Below, piece by piece: positions 37,115 through 47,494 of a stretch of 64,000 bases of DNA. The stretch is from positions 1,312,001 to 1,376,000 of the forward strand of contig OZ241889.1 in the NCBI GenBank assembly GCA_965203355.1, read 5' to 3'. Numbering within the stretch: position 1 is the stretch's first letter; the number at the start of each line of letters is the position of its first letter. The position numbers and the translations under genes were made by a program. Source of the stretch: Candidatus Latescibacterota bacterium (GTDB lineage: Bacteria > Latescibacterota > UBA2968 > UBA8231). Under the pieces are notes generated by a model. The model saw only the letters and a list, made by a program, of their open reading frames with translations, was not told where the DNA came from and did not search any database.

Positions 37115-39121
37115 CTAGTACACCACAGCCACCGGCTGTAAGCGCACCTCGAGCCCTTTGTCCGTTTCCACTTCCACGCGCACCAGATACACGCCTGGGC
37201 GAACCAGTTGCCCGGCCGCGTCCCGGCCATCCCAGCAAACCGTATGGCGTCCTGCACCCTGCACATTGGGCGGTGCTTGCCACGCGGATCGCCCGTCGAG
37301 TCCATACACGCCGACTTGCACTTGGGACGCTTCCCGCACCCGGAAGAGGGTGTATTGTATAGCCAACAGATCGTTTACGCCGTCGCCTTGGGGAGTAAAC
37401 GCGCCGCTGCCCGCTTCGACGTCTCCCAGCACCCCACCCGCGGAAGCGACAGATGCCACGACGAGCAACTGGTTGGAGCCTAGTTCCGCGCTGACGTCGC
37501 CCCCTTCGATGCGCTGCAACAAGCTCGGCTCGCGGCGGTTGAAGACCTCACCGCCAAATTCGTCGGCCTCGCCGTACAACACGGCATTGAGGCCGATGCG
37601 CAACCGCTGGTCGCCGCTTGGGTGCAAAGGGCGCGGCAAGAATACCACAAAGCCGCTTTCTTCGCGCAGCAGGCTATCCGGCTCTACGGTGCTGAGTGGG
37701 TCGCCCATTTCCAGATAGCGAAATGTGGCTTCCGCTGGGGCCGAGATGCGCACGGCATCGCAGCCGATGCGGTCCGCGCTGGCAAACTCCGCGCCTAGGT
37801 CGTACGTGAATGGGATTTTCTCGCCCGCTGGTACGCGCACTTGCCCGCCTTCGGGGTGGGGTTCCTTCGCGACGACGATCTCGCCGATGACCCGGTCGGC
37901 TAGCAGAGGCGCGATCTCGATTTGCAGGGAATCAAGGCGGGCAAATTCCCACAGCGCGTCCGTTTCTAACCGGACGCGCACTTGGAAAAAGCGGCCCCAC
38001 GGCAGGCGCGGATGCTGCCCTGAGCCCTCCAACGGCAGCGACCAGAAGCTCCAGTTTTGCAGGTCTGCGGCCACCGGACCGCGAAAGCCGACCGCTATGG
38101 TCGCGCCGCGTGACTCTAAGGGTATCAGCCGGTCCCACTGCTTCTTGGTCACCTCTACGTGGGCACCCAGATCGTCAAAGCCAAAATAAGCCGTTGGGCT
38201 ATCGTCGCGCCCCGTGCGGATTTCCACTTGGGCGCGCCCCGGCCCGTCGGACGGCAGGAGTCGCTCCCCGTCCTTGCGCCATTTGCTTACCGCCAAGCGC
38301 ACCTGCCCGAAATTGACCTCCCGCCCCAAGTCTATGATCTGCGACTCATAGGTTGCCTGCGGAGCGAAACCCCGGCCGTAGATCTCCATCTCGGCAAAGG
38401 CCGAGCGCGTGACGATGGGGTCGCCGTACAGAGTAAACCCATCGGGCATGGCGATTAGGCGGAAGAAGCGGAGGTATTGGGTGGGAAACGCGATTTCGGT
38501 CACTGCGTCGGTATTGCGCTCCTCATAGGCAAGGGGGATGGCTAGCGGACAGCACGGCCCGTCGCCTCGCCAGACGAATCCGCGCTCTATTTCCTCTTGC
38601 ATGATGCCGGTCTCGGCTTTGGCGGCCGTCAGGCTGTAGGACTTGAGGATGTAATTGGGCCTGAAAGGCTCGTCGCTTTCGGGACTGATGCCTGCGGGAG
38701 GGAAAAAGACGAAGCGATCTACCGGCACTTGGGTGCCCAAGTCTATGGTATAGAAAATCTGCTGTTCGTCGCGTCGCTCCACGTACGTGGTCGAGTCTCC
38801 ATCGACGAAGAGAAAAATTTCCGTGGCCTTATGTAAGGTATTGTGGTTGATGTCCGTCCAGAAGCGCGGATGTCCGGAGCGGAATTGCGGGTCGGTGGGA
38901 AAGCGCCAACGCTGCCAAGGGCCGAGCTGCGGCAAGATGTTTTCGCTCGGCTTGAGCTCAAAAGGCTGGAGTGCTTGGGCGGCGATAGCAGCGTCTATCA
39001 TCAGGCTGAAATCCGCCACATCCGCTGGCGAGACACCGCCCTGCCCGCCGAGTTGCCACCACTCTTGCGCCGCCCCCGGGCTGCTTATCAGCGCGGCACA
39101 TGCCAACATCGCCCATTGCAT
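37115..39121 (-). CDS. Secreted beta-rich protein with discoidin-like region and C-terminal FlgD-Ig/CTD-like domain (paralog 1)
   Basis: Signal peptide from MQWAML, IDLG..P, FTPQGDGVND and WDGRD..G..V.PGVY. Confidence 0.82.
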   Translation of the reverse strand: MQWAMLACAALISSPGAAQEWWQLGGQGGVSPADVADFSLMIDAAIAAQALQPFELKPSENILPQLGPWQRWRFPTDPQFRSGHPRFWTDINHNTLHKATEIFLFVDGDSTTYVERRDEQQIFYTIDLGTQVPVDRFVFFPPAGISPESDEPFRPNYILKSYSLTAAKAETGIMQEEIERGFVWRGDGPCCPLAIPLAYEERNTDAVTEIAFPTQYLRFFRLIAMPDGFTLYGDPIVTRSAFAEMEIYGRGFAPQATYESQIIDLGREVNFGQVRLAVSKWRKDGERLLPSDGPGRAQVEIRTGRDDSPTAYFGFDDLGAHVEVTKKQWDRLIPLESRGATIAVGFRGPVAADLQNWSFWSLPLEGSGQHPRLPWGRFFQVRVRLETDALWEFARLDSLQIEIAPLLADRVIGEIVVAKEPHPEGGQVRVPAGEKIPFTYDLGAEFASADRIGCDAVRISAPAEATFRYLEMGDPLSTVEPDSLLREESGFVVFLPRPLHPSGDQRLRIGLNAVLYGEADEFGGEVFNRREPSLLQRIEGGDVSAELGSNQLLVVASVASAGGVLGDVEAGSGAFTPQGDGVNDLLAIQYTLFRVREASQVQVGVYGLDGRSAWQAPPNVQGAGRHTVCWDGRDAAGQLVRPGVYLVRVEVETDKGLEVRLQPVAVVY

Positions 39122-39253
39122 TCGACTTCTTCTCCGACGCGGGAAGGGGGAGCAGAAGCGGTTTCCTCCTTCCACGTCGGTTGGGGTTTTATCGCGTTTT
39201 TTGACTTCGGCCATTTTCGGCGGTTTCTCGATATTTTTAAGAGCCACTAGATC

Positions 39254-39376
39254 TCACATTCCCCACACCTCGATCACCATCCCACTATCCGACGCCCGGT
39301 GACAGTGGAATACCTTGTCGTCCCACCGCCGACCTGCGCGCTGGTCGAATATCACCAGATGCCCCGCTTCTGCTTC
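39254..39376 (-). pseudogene. 3' remnant of an AAA-ATPase/PD-(D/E)XK-type gene
   Basis: Hand translation EAEAGHLVIFDQRAGRRWDDKVF…IEVWGM* matches the C-terminus I recall for that family. The rest of the gene is absent. Confidence 0.6.
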
Positions 39377-39426
39377 GTAGTGATAAAAAAACGCATTGTG
39401 GTTCCCTAGGGAATTAATTAGCAACG

Positions 39427-39564
39427 GATGTTACGCCCAAGGCCCATATAGAATGAGCCTGTCATTCTGAGCGCAGCGGAGTCGAAGAATCTTCTATCCT
39501 CCATCCCTTGTGGGGTAAAAGATGCTTCGTCAGTGTGCCAAAAACACAAGGTAGGCGTAACATC
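39427..39564. repeat. MITE/REP-like nested palindrome (138 bp)
   Basis: Perfect 11-bp terminal IR GATGTTACGCC / GGCGTAACATC. Inner IR CGAAGAATCTT / AAGATGCTTCG preceded by GTCATTCTGAGCGCAGC. Confidence 0.6.
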
Positions 39565-39576
39565 ATTAGTACAAAT

Positions 39577-39611
39577 AAAAAAAAGGGAGAAGGGCCTTTG
39601 GCCCCCTCCCT
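39577..39611 (-). terminator. Rho-independent terminator
   Basis: GGGAGGGGGCC-aaa-GGCCCTTCTCCC followed by T8 on the minus strand. Confidence 0.8.
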
Positions 39612-39632
39612 CGAAGGTTGTGCCGTGCGTTG

Positions 39633-40544
39633 CTACTTGAGGCGTTGGGACATGCTGTTTTTGATGTGGCCCCAAGTGTCATTTTCCACGTTAGTCTCCG
39701 TCGCCGCCAGTGCCCAGAAGTCGGGCATCTGCGAAGCGTCGACGTCCTGCGACTGGCTGCCGTCGTTGATGTACATGGAGTGCTTGCGTCCTCCGCCGGG
39801 GCGGTCGGCATCGAGCGGGCGATAGCCGAGGTGGATCACGTCGTCCTCGGCGAACATGTGCCGTGTGCTCTCGGCCTCACTCAGGCCCCAGATGTCCCAC
39901 AGGGCACCCCGCCACTCATAAGTGTACGTAACCGGGCCAACCGTCAGGTTCTCGGCACCTGCTGGCAGGACGGTCCACGCGGCCTCGAAAAATTCCGGCT
40001 CCACCCCCCACAGCAACTCTTGGGAGTCAATGAATTCTAGCTGACTGTAGAAAAAGCAGGATTGGTTGGGCAACAGAGACTCGCCGGCTGGCGGGAAGAT
40101 GCGCACGTGCCAGCGCTGGCCATTGGCGATCTGTTCGAGGTCGGAACCGAGAATATTACCACCGAGGTGATCGGCGTCCACGGTTATCTGCAAGCAGTCG
40201 TCTTTCCACCACTCCTTGACGGGCGAGTCGTACTTGAGGGTATCATCGACAAAGCGCGCAAAGCCGTACCACTTGTTATCCGGCGGCGCGGACCAACCGT
40301 TGAGGATGGTGAAATCGTAGTCCGTCAACTCGACGAAATCGCTGGCTCGGTCGAAGAAATCGGGCTGATTGAGGGCGAGAGCGGGGTCGTACCAACCCCA
40401 GTCGTCGTCGTTGCCGTCAATGGTGATGGCCGCCGGGTCGGGCACTTGGGGATAGAACACGGTCACGCCTACGTGGGCAAAAGTGGCCGTACTCAACAGA
40501 TACGCCAGTCCAAAAGACAAGGCGAAAAAGCCGAATTTTCTCAT
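39633..40544 (-). CDS. Secreted CBM9/DOMON-like protein with TWGxIK tail
   Basis: AAGGAG RBS, signal peptide (…TFA), ITIDGNDDDW and DDCLQITVDAD. C-terminal VENDTWGHIK. Confidence 0.75.
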   Translation of the reverse strand: MRKFGFFALSFGLAYLLSTATFAHVGVTVFYPQVPDPAAITIDGNDDDWGWYDPALALNQPDFFDRASDFVELTDYDFTILNGWSAPPDNKWYGFARFVDDTLKYDSPVKEWWKDDCLQITVDADHLGGNILGSDLEQIANGQRWHVRIFPPAGESLLPNQSCFFYSQLEFIDSQELLWGVEPEFFEAAWTVLPAGAENLTVGPVTYTYEWRGALWDIWGLSEAESTRHMFAEDDVIHLGYRPLDADRPGGGRKHSMYINDGSQSQDVDASQMPDFWALAATETNVENDTWGHIKNSMSQRLK

Positions 40545-40814
40545 TTGCTACTCTCCTTGATTGGAAGAGAAAAAACAAAAAAAGATGTGGAAATTGTCGT
40601 TCAACAAGAAGCTGTGCAACCTCCTTTCAAATTAAGTGATAATGCTGAAGTGATTTTACATTATAAATAAAAAAACACAGACAGGCGAAACAAATTTACA
40701 GCAAGGAAGGGCCATTCTTGCCGGCGCGACAGTGCGGTTCTGACTTGGTAGGCCGTGGGTACGGGGCGTATATTGTCAGCCGATGACACTCGCGGCCTAG
40801 GCGAGTTTTCGCTT

Positions 40815-40891
40815 AGTGGCCAGTGGTTAGTCTCCCCTCCGCCCTTGGCGCGGTGCGGGGACTGGTGACCGACCACTAACCACTGGCCACT
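40815..40891. repeat. 17-bp perfect inverted repeat built of heptamers
   Basis: AGTGGCCAGTGGTTAGT (40815-31) / ACTAACCACTGGCCACT (40875-91), 7 nt before the AGGAG RBS. Confidence 0.8.
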
Positions 40892-40910
40892 GATATATAG
40901 GAGATGGATC

Positions 40911-43550
40911 ATGAGGCTGACAACCCTTTGTAGCAGATGGCCAATTTTACTGTTGTGGTGTGCGTTTGTACTCTCGGAGTCTAAGGTTTTCGCCCAGCTA
41001 TCTACGGGCTTTCGGCCGGTTGAGGAGCCGGGAATTCGCGGGGTGCGCATCCATCCCGGAGCCTTGGCACCCAATCGGCGTAAGTGGTACTTGCCACAGA
41101 ACCTGTACTACGAATACCAGTGGCGCGGCTGGGAGTACAGCAACTACGCACGCGATCACTACACGCGCTACGTGAACATCCTGCTCGAAGGCACCCGCAA
41201 TTACAACCTCTTCGGCCAGTACATCAACCGCGGTTGGGTCATCTACGACTGGACCGAAACCAGCCCTCTGCGCCAAGGCAGTGCCCTCTTGAAAGGCACC
41301 CGATTTGGCCGCTGGTTCGATAGCCTCGTCATCTCGTCGGCCAGCCACGGCCAGTTCCACACCTCCCTGACAGTGGGCGATGCCATTCGCACGACGCTCA
41401 CTCCCCTGACCTTCTCCAAGCCCACGTTTAATGGGTTGCAGTGGGATTTTCTCGCCGACAAGTACGCGCTGACCTTGCTCGGCTCGCGGCTCAATGCGCC
41501 GGGGTTTACCGCGCTCAACGAAGCGGGCGGGGCTTCGGTGCTCGAAAACACGACCCGCCTGCTCGGGGCGCGCGGCGTAGCCCAAGTGGGCGATTTCGCC
41601 AAGCTGGGCCTGACGTGGGTCAATGTGTCCAATACCAGCAGCGAACTGAGCCTCGGCGACAACTCGCTCAAGGGCCTGCTGACCGGCCCCCAGAACACGG
41701 GCAATGTCGAGCGGGTTATCATCCGCATTGCAGACGACTCGCCCGAATCCGAGCAAACCGGTGCTTCGTTTTTCGTCGATCAGGTGATCATAGATGGGGA
41801 GCTGCACCCAGAAATCGCGCCCTTGGTGCGCGGCGGCGTACGGCGCGAGGGCATTTTGGAGGTGAGCGGATCGGACGTAATTGAGCTTATCTACGACATT
41901 CGCAACGATTTTAGCCCCACCGAAAAAGTGGGCACCTTCCGCGAGGCCAAGAAGCTCGAATTCGAGCTGGTAGTGTCCAACGACTACCGCATAGAGATCG
42001 CCTCCAACCTCCAGACCAATGTGCGGGGCGAGCAGGTCTTCTTGCCGGTGGCCCAAGCCCGCGACGAAATAACCGATGGATCCAATCAGACCTTTGTGCG
42101 CTTTGCCTATGGCCTGCCGACCGGGCACGAAGTGATCGGCATGGATCTGGAACTAATTAACCTCGCCCACTTCGACCTGCGGGCCGAATGGGCCCTCAAC
42201 CGCCGCTTTCGCCGCTTCCCCAACCAGAACTTCCGCAAGTTGCCCGCCTACAAGGAAACGGCCGAAGCTGGGTACATCACGGCTTCGTACCAGCGCTACC
42301 CCTTCTTTGCGTACGGCGAGGTGTTCTCCATAGATCCCGATTACAGCACCACGGCCTTTATCGCCGACCCGGGCGGGGTCATTGACTACGCCAGCGAGAC
42401 CCAAAACCTCTTTGAGTTTGTCGATGACAACGACGATCAAGACCGCTTCACCGACTGGCAACGCTATCGCCAGAGCCAAGGGTTTGGCGGCGAGGGCGGC
42501 TCGCTGGGCCGCGACACTGAGATTTTTCCCGGGCTGGACGAGAACAACGATTTTATCTCCGACTTCAACCAAAACCAGAACAGTCGCCCGGATTACGTCG
42601 AGCCTTTCCTCCGCTATCAGGTCGATCCGCCGGAGTTTCTCTTTGGCATGGACATGAACAACAACACGATCATCGACCGCTTTGAGGACGACCGCCTCCC
42701 CGACTACCCCTACGAACGCGACCATCGCGGCTACAACGCGTACGGAGGATTGAAAATCACCGAGAGCAGTCGGCTGACCGTCGGTCGGCTCGCCGAGCAC
42801 CAACTGAGCAGCGACCGCGAGAGCCGCTCCTTCTACGGGCTGTTGACCTTGGAAAAATCCTATCCTGGGCTGGATATCGCCCTTTTTGAACACGCCAAAT
42901 TAGTGGCCGACAATTTGCCCGAAGACCGCGTTGTCTGGCGCGATCCCATCGGCCTGACGGATTTTGAAGACCCCCTCGACAACCAAGATACCTTTGTCAA
43001 CGCGCTGTACTTGCAGGCCCGCTACTTCCGCGTCCGCAATCTGAACATCGAGGGTAAGCTGAAGTACGAGCGCTTCAACCAGCTCGGCGCACAGGCCAGC
43101 GAAAAACGCGACCGCTCGTTTTTGGGCCTGATCAACAAGGCCGACTACGCCATTCGTCCCAGCGCTCGGCTCTCTCTTTATCCCAAGTGGAAGAGCATGT
43201 ACCAGCGAGAAACGCCCACCGCGCTGGCCGGTTTGCAGGCCAACGAACTGACCGAGAGCTTTTTCTTTTTAGGGCAATACGCGCTCCTGCCGCAGACGCA
43301 CTTGGACTTCGGCGTTGAATTCAGTCTTTTCGAGAACCTTATTGCGCGTCCAGCCGAGGCGTCTCCGAGCTATGTCGAGGACTTCCGCAGCCTGGTGTTT
43401 TCGGTGCTGCTGACCAATGTGTCGTCCTATCAAGGGTACGAGTTGACCATGAACGCTGGCTTCCTGCTAGAGCGCCAGTTTTTCGCCGAACAGACCCAGA
43501 AGCAATCGATCGTCTTCGTCCGCCTCTTCGCTGCCACCGGCGGGGTATAG
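40911..43550 (+). CDS. Large secreted protein, probable outer-membrane beta-barrel with Ca-binding-like loops
   Basis: Signal peptide, alternating aromatic/hydrophobic strands in the C-terminal third, and DDNDDQD, DENND and DMNNN motifs. Confidence 0.7.
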   Translation: MRLTTLCSRWPILLLWCAFVLSESKVFAQLSTGFRPVEEPGIRGVRIHPGALAPNRRKWYLPQNLYYEYQWRGWEYSNYARDHYTRYVNILLEGTRNYNLFGQYINRGWVIYDWTETSPLRQGSALLKGTRFGRWFDSLVISSASHGQFHTSLTVGDAIRTTLTPLTFSKPTFNGLQWDFLADKYALTLLGSRLNAPGFTALNEAGGASVLENTTRLLGARGVAQVGDFAKLGLTWVNVSNTSSELSLGDNSLKGLLTGPQNTGNVERVIIRIADDSPESEQTGASFFVDQVIIDGELHPEIAPLVRGGVRREGILEVSGSDVIELIYDIRNDFSPTEKVGTFREAKKLEFELVVSNDYRIEIASNLQTNVRGEQVFLPVAQARDEITDGSNQTFVRFAYGLPTGHEVIGMDLELINLAHFDLRAEWALNRRFRRFPNQNFRKLPAYKETAEAGYITASYQRYPFFAYGEVFSIDPDYSTTAFIADPGGVIDYASETQNLFEFVDDNDDQDRFTDWQRYRQSQGFGGEGGSLGRDTEIFPGLDENNDFISDFNQNQNSRPDYVEPFLRYQVDPPEFLFGMDMNNNTIIDRFEDDRLPDYPYERDHRGYNAYGGLKITESSRLTVGRLAEHQLSSDRESRSFYGLLTLEKSYPGLDIALFEHAKLVADNLPEDRVVWRDPIGLTDFEDPLDNQDTFVNALYLQARYFRVRNLNIEGKLKYERFNQLGAQASEKRDRSFLGLINKADYAIRPSARLSLYPKWKSMYQRETPTALAGLQANELTESFFFLGQYALLPQTHLDFGVEFSLFENLIARPAEASPSYVEDFRSLVFSVLLTNVSSYQGYELTMNAGFLLERQFFAEQTQKQSIVFVRLFAATGGV

Positions 43551-43553
43551 TCC

Positions 43554-45494
43554 TTGCACCCCCCAGCGGCTGGAGCCTTCACGCCCAAGGCGCTGATCCT
43601 CGGCTGCCTGTTCACGTTTTTCGTGGCTGCGGGCGACTCGTATGGGGTTTTCTATCTGCGCGGCTCGTATATGACGCTGGGGACCAGCACGGTCGGTGCC
43701 CTGTTCTTGCTGTTATTCCTCGCTGGTTTGATCAACCCGCTGCTGAAGCTGGTCCATCCGCGAGCCGGGCTGAACCGCGGCGAACTCCTGCTCATTTATA
43801 TAATGATGGTCATGGCCTCGCCCCTGCCGGTGTTTTTTGCTGGCCGGTTCATCGGCACGATTCTCACGCCCTTTTACTTTGCCACGCCGGAAAACGACTG
43901 GCACACGCTCATCCAACCCCACCTAGCCGACTGGTTGGAGCCGCGCGACCTAAGCGTCATGGGGCCTTTTTACGAGGGTTTGGAGCAGGGGCAGGCCATC
44001 CCGTGGGCTGGCTGGCTACCGATTTTTTTGCGCTGGGCACCTTTTGTCTGGGCTTTATTCTTGGCGATGATTGCCGCGATGGCGATTCTGCGCAAGCAGT
44101 GGAACGACTACGAGCGGCTGACCTATCCGCTCGTCCAAGTGCCAATGGCCCTCACCGAGCAGGACGCCGGGGGGAAGCGCATGGCCCCATTCTTCAAAAA
44201 CCCGGTGATGTGGACAGGCTTTGCCGTGCCGGCCGTCTGGGGCACCCTGCACGGGCTACACAACTACTTCCCGGCGACCGTACCCATCGCCACTAATGTA
44301 GATCCCATCCACTTCATCTTGCCCATCTTCGACAATCTGTCCGAACTGCAATTCAAATTCCGCTTCAACATTTTGGGATTTTTTTATTTCCTCAAGACCG
44401 AAATCGCCTTCAGCCTGTGGTTTTTCAACCTCTTCGCCAATGCCTTGCGCACCACATTCGCCGTTTTAGGCGTCACCAGTTCGGAGATGCTGGGGGATGG
44501 ACACTCGATCATCGATCCGATTCTCGTCCACCAGTCGATGGGCGGCATGCTGGTGCTGTTTCTATTTGGCTTGTTCGCAGCCCGCAAGCACCTGCGGGTG
44601 GTCTGCCGCAAGGCCCTTTGGGGAGACCCGACGGTAGATGACTCCGGCGAAATCCTCTCCTACCGGACAGCCGTGCTCATCTTGCTGGGCAGCAGCGCGG
44701 TGATGGTCGCATGGCTCTCGCTGGCGGGCCTGCCCGTCTGGGTTGCCCTAGCTTTTCTCTTTACGGTGGCCGCGCTCTTTGTGGGGTTTACGCGCCTAAT
44801 CGCCGAAGGGGGACTTTCGGACGGTTCGGTCCCGGTCGGCCCGGCCGCTATCGTCGTCTCCGCGGTTGGCTCGTCAGCCATCGGTGCTCAGGGTTTGGTT
44901 GTGCTGGCGACGACTTATTTTTGGACGATTGGGCGCAGTTTCGCCATGACGTCAGCCGCTAACAGTCTCAAATTGAGCGAGGGCTTTGGCGGTTCAAAAC
45001 GCCCGCTATTCTGGGCGATGCTCTTGGCCATGGCCGTCGGACTGGTCTCGTCGATGTGGGTGGTCGTGGAACTGGGCTATTCCTACGGGGCGCTCAACCT
45101 GAAAATTCCCGGGGGAAAGCACGGGTTTTACGACTATGCCGCTGGTTTGATTCGCACGCCGAGCGAGCCGCATCTGTGGGGTTGGATCAACACCGGGATT
45201 GGGGCCACCGCGATGCTGCTGTTGATGCTGGCGCGCTGGTACTATGTCTGGTGGCCCCTGCATCCCCTCGGCTATCCCATCGGCCCGACCGTAATTATGG
45301 ATCACCTCTGGTTCGACATGTTCTTGGCTTGGCTGATCAAGGTATCGGTGCTGCGCTACGGTGGCGTGGCACTCTACCGCCGGACGCGCCCCTTTTTCAT
45401 GGGCATGATCGCCGGGCACATTGTGCCGGGGGGCCTTTTTCTTTTCGTCGATCACTTTACCGGCATGGTTGGCAACGTGATTTTCTGGGGTTGA
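43554..45494 (+). CDS. Polytopic membrane protein, DUF6785-like (putative transporter)
   Basis: More than 12 TM segments. LRKQW..ERLTYPL and WWPLHPLGY motifs. Confidence 0.8.
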   Translation: MHPPAAGAFTPKALILGCLFTFFVAAGDSYGVFYLRGSYMTLGTSTVGALFLLLFLAGLINPLLKLVHPRAGLNRGELLLIYIMMVMASPLPVFFAGRFIGTILTPFYFATPENDWHTLIQPHLADWLEPRDLSVMGPFYEGLEQGQAIPWAGWLPIFLRWAPFVWALFLAMIAAMAILRKQWNDYERLTYPLVQVPMALTEQDAGGKRMAPFFKNPVMWTGFAVPAVWGTLHGLHNYFPATVPIATNVDPIHFILPIFDNLSELQFKFRFNILGFFYFLKTEIAFSLWFFNLFANALRTTFAVLGVTSSEMLGDGHSIIDPILVHQSMGGMLVLFLFGLFAARKHLRVVCRKALWGDPTVDDSGEILSYRTAVLILLGSSAVMVAWLSLAGLPVWVALAFLFTVAALFVGFTRLIAEGGLSDGSVPVGPAAIVVSAVGSSAIGAQGLVVLATTYFWTIGRSFAMTSAANSLKLSEGFGGSKRPLFWAMLLAMAVGLVSSMWVVVELGYSYGALNLKIPGGKHGFYDYAAGLIRTPSEPHLWGWINTGIGATAMLLLMLARWYYVWWPLHPLGYPIGPTVIMDHLWFDMFLAWLIKVSVLRYGGVALYRRTRPFFMGMIAGHIVPGGLFLFVDHFTGMVGNVIFWG

Positions 45495-45534
45495 GGTTCT
45501 GTGTGAGAACGGGCTATATTTCGCTAATCAATAC

Positions 45535-47481
45535 GTGAGGAAATGGCTTGTGTCCGCTTTCAAATCGCTATCTGCCTCTAAAGCACTGATTGTAGTCGCG
45601 TGGTTGGCCGCAGCCGCAGCGGGCGAGGTGCGGCAGTGGGAATTAGGCGGCGCGGGTCGCTCTTGGAAGGGCGACGAGCTAAATTCTACGGCCATCAGCT
45701 TCGATGTAGCCGGGGCCATTCAGCTGGTAGGTTTTAATCCCGACGATAACATCGTCCGGCAGCTAAAATGGACCGAGGGCTTTCCCTTGGACTTCGTCGG
45801 TGAAGTGGCCGAGGCACGGGTGTGGGACAACGTGCCCTTTAAGCAGACCAATGCCCCGCTCGTCGATGGCGACATGCAGACCTCCAGCGAAAATCGCTTC
45901 AAGGAATTTGGGGTGCTGCAAGCGGGCCGGGCCTTTTTCTTTGATCTAAGTACGCGCTTCCCCATCAACCGCATTTCGTTTTTCCCGCGCCTACAAGGGG
46001 CCGATAGCCGCGGGCGGCCCTTTGCCGATGACTTTATTCGCGGCTATAAAATTCAGGTCAGCGACGGCGTGAGCTTCACGCCGGAAGATCTGCCGGTGTA
46101 CAACCTGCTGACTCAAGTGGATTTCACTACGGAAAGCGTGGCGCAAATTCCCTTCCCATTGCAATTTGTCCGCTACATCCAGCTCAACGTGACCTCGACC
46201 AATCCCTTTGAGATAGCCGAGTTTGAGGTGTACGGGGCGGGCTTTCCGCCAGAGGGGCGCTATCGGTCCAAGATCATCGACTTGGGCGCAGTGGCCAACT
46301 TCAGCCGCCTGCTGTGGACGGCTGAGACCTTGCGCCAGCAAGACGCTCGCATCGTCGTCGAGCCGACAGCCAACGCGGATGTCTCCGTTCGCATGCGCAC
46401 CGGCCGCGACGATACCCCGCAGGTGTTCTACGAGATAGTCAATGTTTTCACCGGCGACGTGCAGGAAGTTTCGGAGGGAGACTACGGTCGGTTGGGTCTG
46501 AACGTGCGCGGCTCGGTCGAAGACGACCGAGTCAACTGGAGCGAGTGGTCGCCGCCCTTTGCCGAGTCCGGCCAGCGGATTGAGCTGCCGAGTCCGCGTC
46601 GTTTTTTCCAGCTCGAAATCGCACTCACCAGTCACTCCATCCTCGACGGCATACGGGTCAACTCGCTGGTGGTTGAGCACTCCATCCCACCGTTGGCCCA
46701 GCAGCTTATAGGGGAGATCTCCGCGCTGGAAACCCCCCGCCCCTTGGGCAACAAACCCCGAGTGCCAGCCGGGGCACTGTCGACCTTTGCCTACGACATC
46801 CGCGCCGACATAAGCGAGACGGATGTGGGCTTTGACGCCTTGGAGATATTCACGCCCGCTAGGCCGCAGTTCAAGGAAATGTTCACGGGCGATCCGCCCG
46901 TCGCCACCACGCCCGACAGCGTCGTCGAGGGCGAGAGGAGCCTGAAGCTATTCTTTCCCAGTCAACGGCTGACGCACCAATCGCCGCGTGTGCTGCGCGT
47001 CGTGTTCGACGCCGAAGTCTTCGTCCAATCCACGTTCTTTCGCGCCCGAGTCTTCGACACTCAAAGTGCCGAGTCCCCGCAGCAGGTCCTGCCCGGGGAC
47101 GCCAACCCCACGGTCTTGACCAACGACCTGCGCGTACTGACCACAGCCGCTTCAGCACGCAACCTGCTCCCGCTTTTTGCGGCGCGACCGGCCGCGATAA
47201 CGCCCAATGGCGATGGGGTCAACGAGCGCGTGACCATTTCCTGTACTTTGGTCCAGCTCCAGCAGCCCGTCCAGTTGGCCGTGCAGATTTTTTCGCTTGA
47301 AGGCCAGCGGGTGCGCACCTTGTTTACGGGCGTACGCAGCAGCGGATCTTTTGCTTGGGAATGGGACGGCCGCGACGACAGCGACAACTTGGTTCCCGTG
47401 GGGATTTACCTCGCCAAGGTGACGGCCGACGCCGAGCGCGAGCGCTTCACGCGCCTCGGCGTGGTGGGCGTTGTCTATTAA
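45535..47481 (+). CDS. Secreted discoidin-like + FlgD-Ig/CTD-like protein (paralog 2)
   Basis: RTGRDD, NWSEWS, PRRFFQ, ITPNGDGVNE and WDGRD…GIY. Confidence 0.82.
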   Translation: MRKWLVSAFKSLSASKALIVVAWLAAAAAGEVRQWELGGAGRSWKGDELNSTAISFDVAGAIQLVGFNPDDNIVRQLKWTEGFPLDFVGEVAEARVWDNVPFKQTNAPLVDGDMQTSSENRFKEFGVLQAGRAFFFDLSTRFPINRISFFPRLQGADSRGRPFADDFIRGYKIQVSDGVSFTPEDLPVYNLLTQVDFTTESVAQIPFPLQFVRYIQLNVTSTNPFEIAEFEVYGAGFPPEGRYRSKIIDLGAVANFSRLLWTAETLRQQDARIVVEPTANADVSVRMRTGRDDTPQVFYEIVNVFTGDVQEVSEGDYGRLGLNVRGSVEDDRVNWSEWSPPFAESGQRIELPSPRRFFQLEIALTSHSILDGIRVNSLVVEHSIPPLAQQLIGEISALETPRPLGNKPRVPAGALSTFAYDIRADISETDVGFDALEIFTPARPQFKEMFTGDPPVATTPDSVVEGERSLKLFFPSQRLTHQSPRVLRVVFDAEVFVQSTFFRARVFDTQSAESPQQVLPGDANPTVLTNDLRVLTTAASARNLLPLFAARPAAITPNGDGVNERVTISCTLVQLQQPVQLAVQIFSLEGQRVRTLFTGVRSSGSFAWEWDGRDDSDNLVPVGIYLAKVTADAERERFTRLGVVGVVY

Positions 47482-47494
47482 AAAAGGAGAGGCC

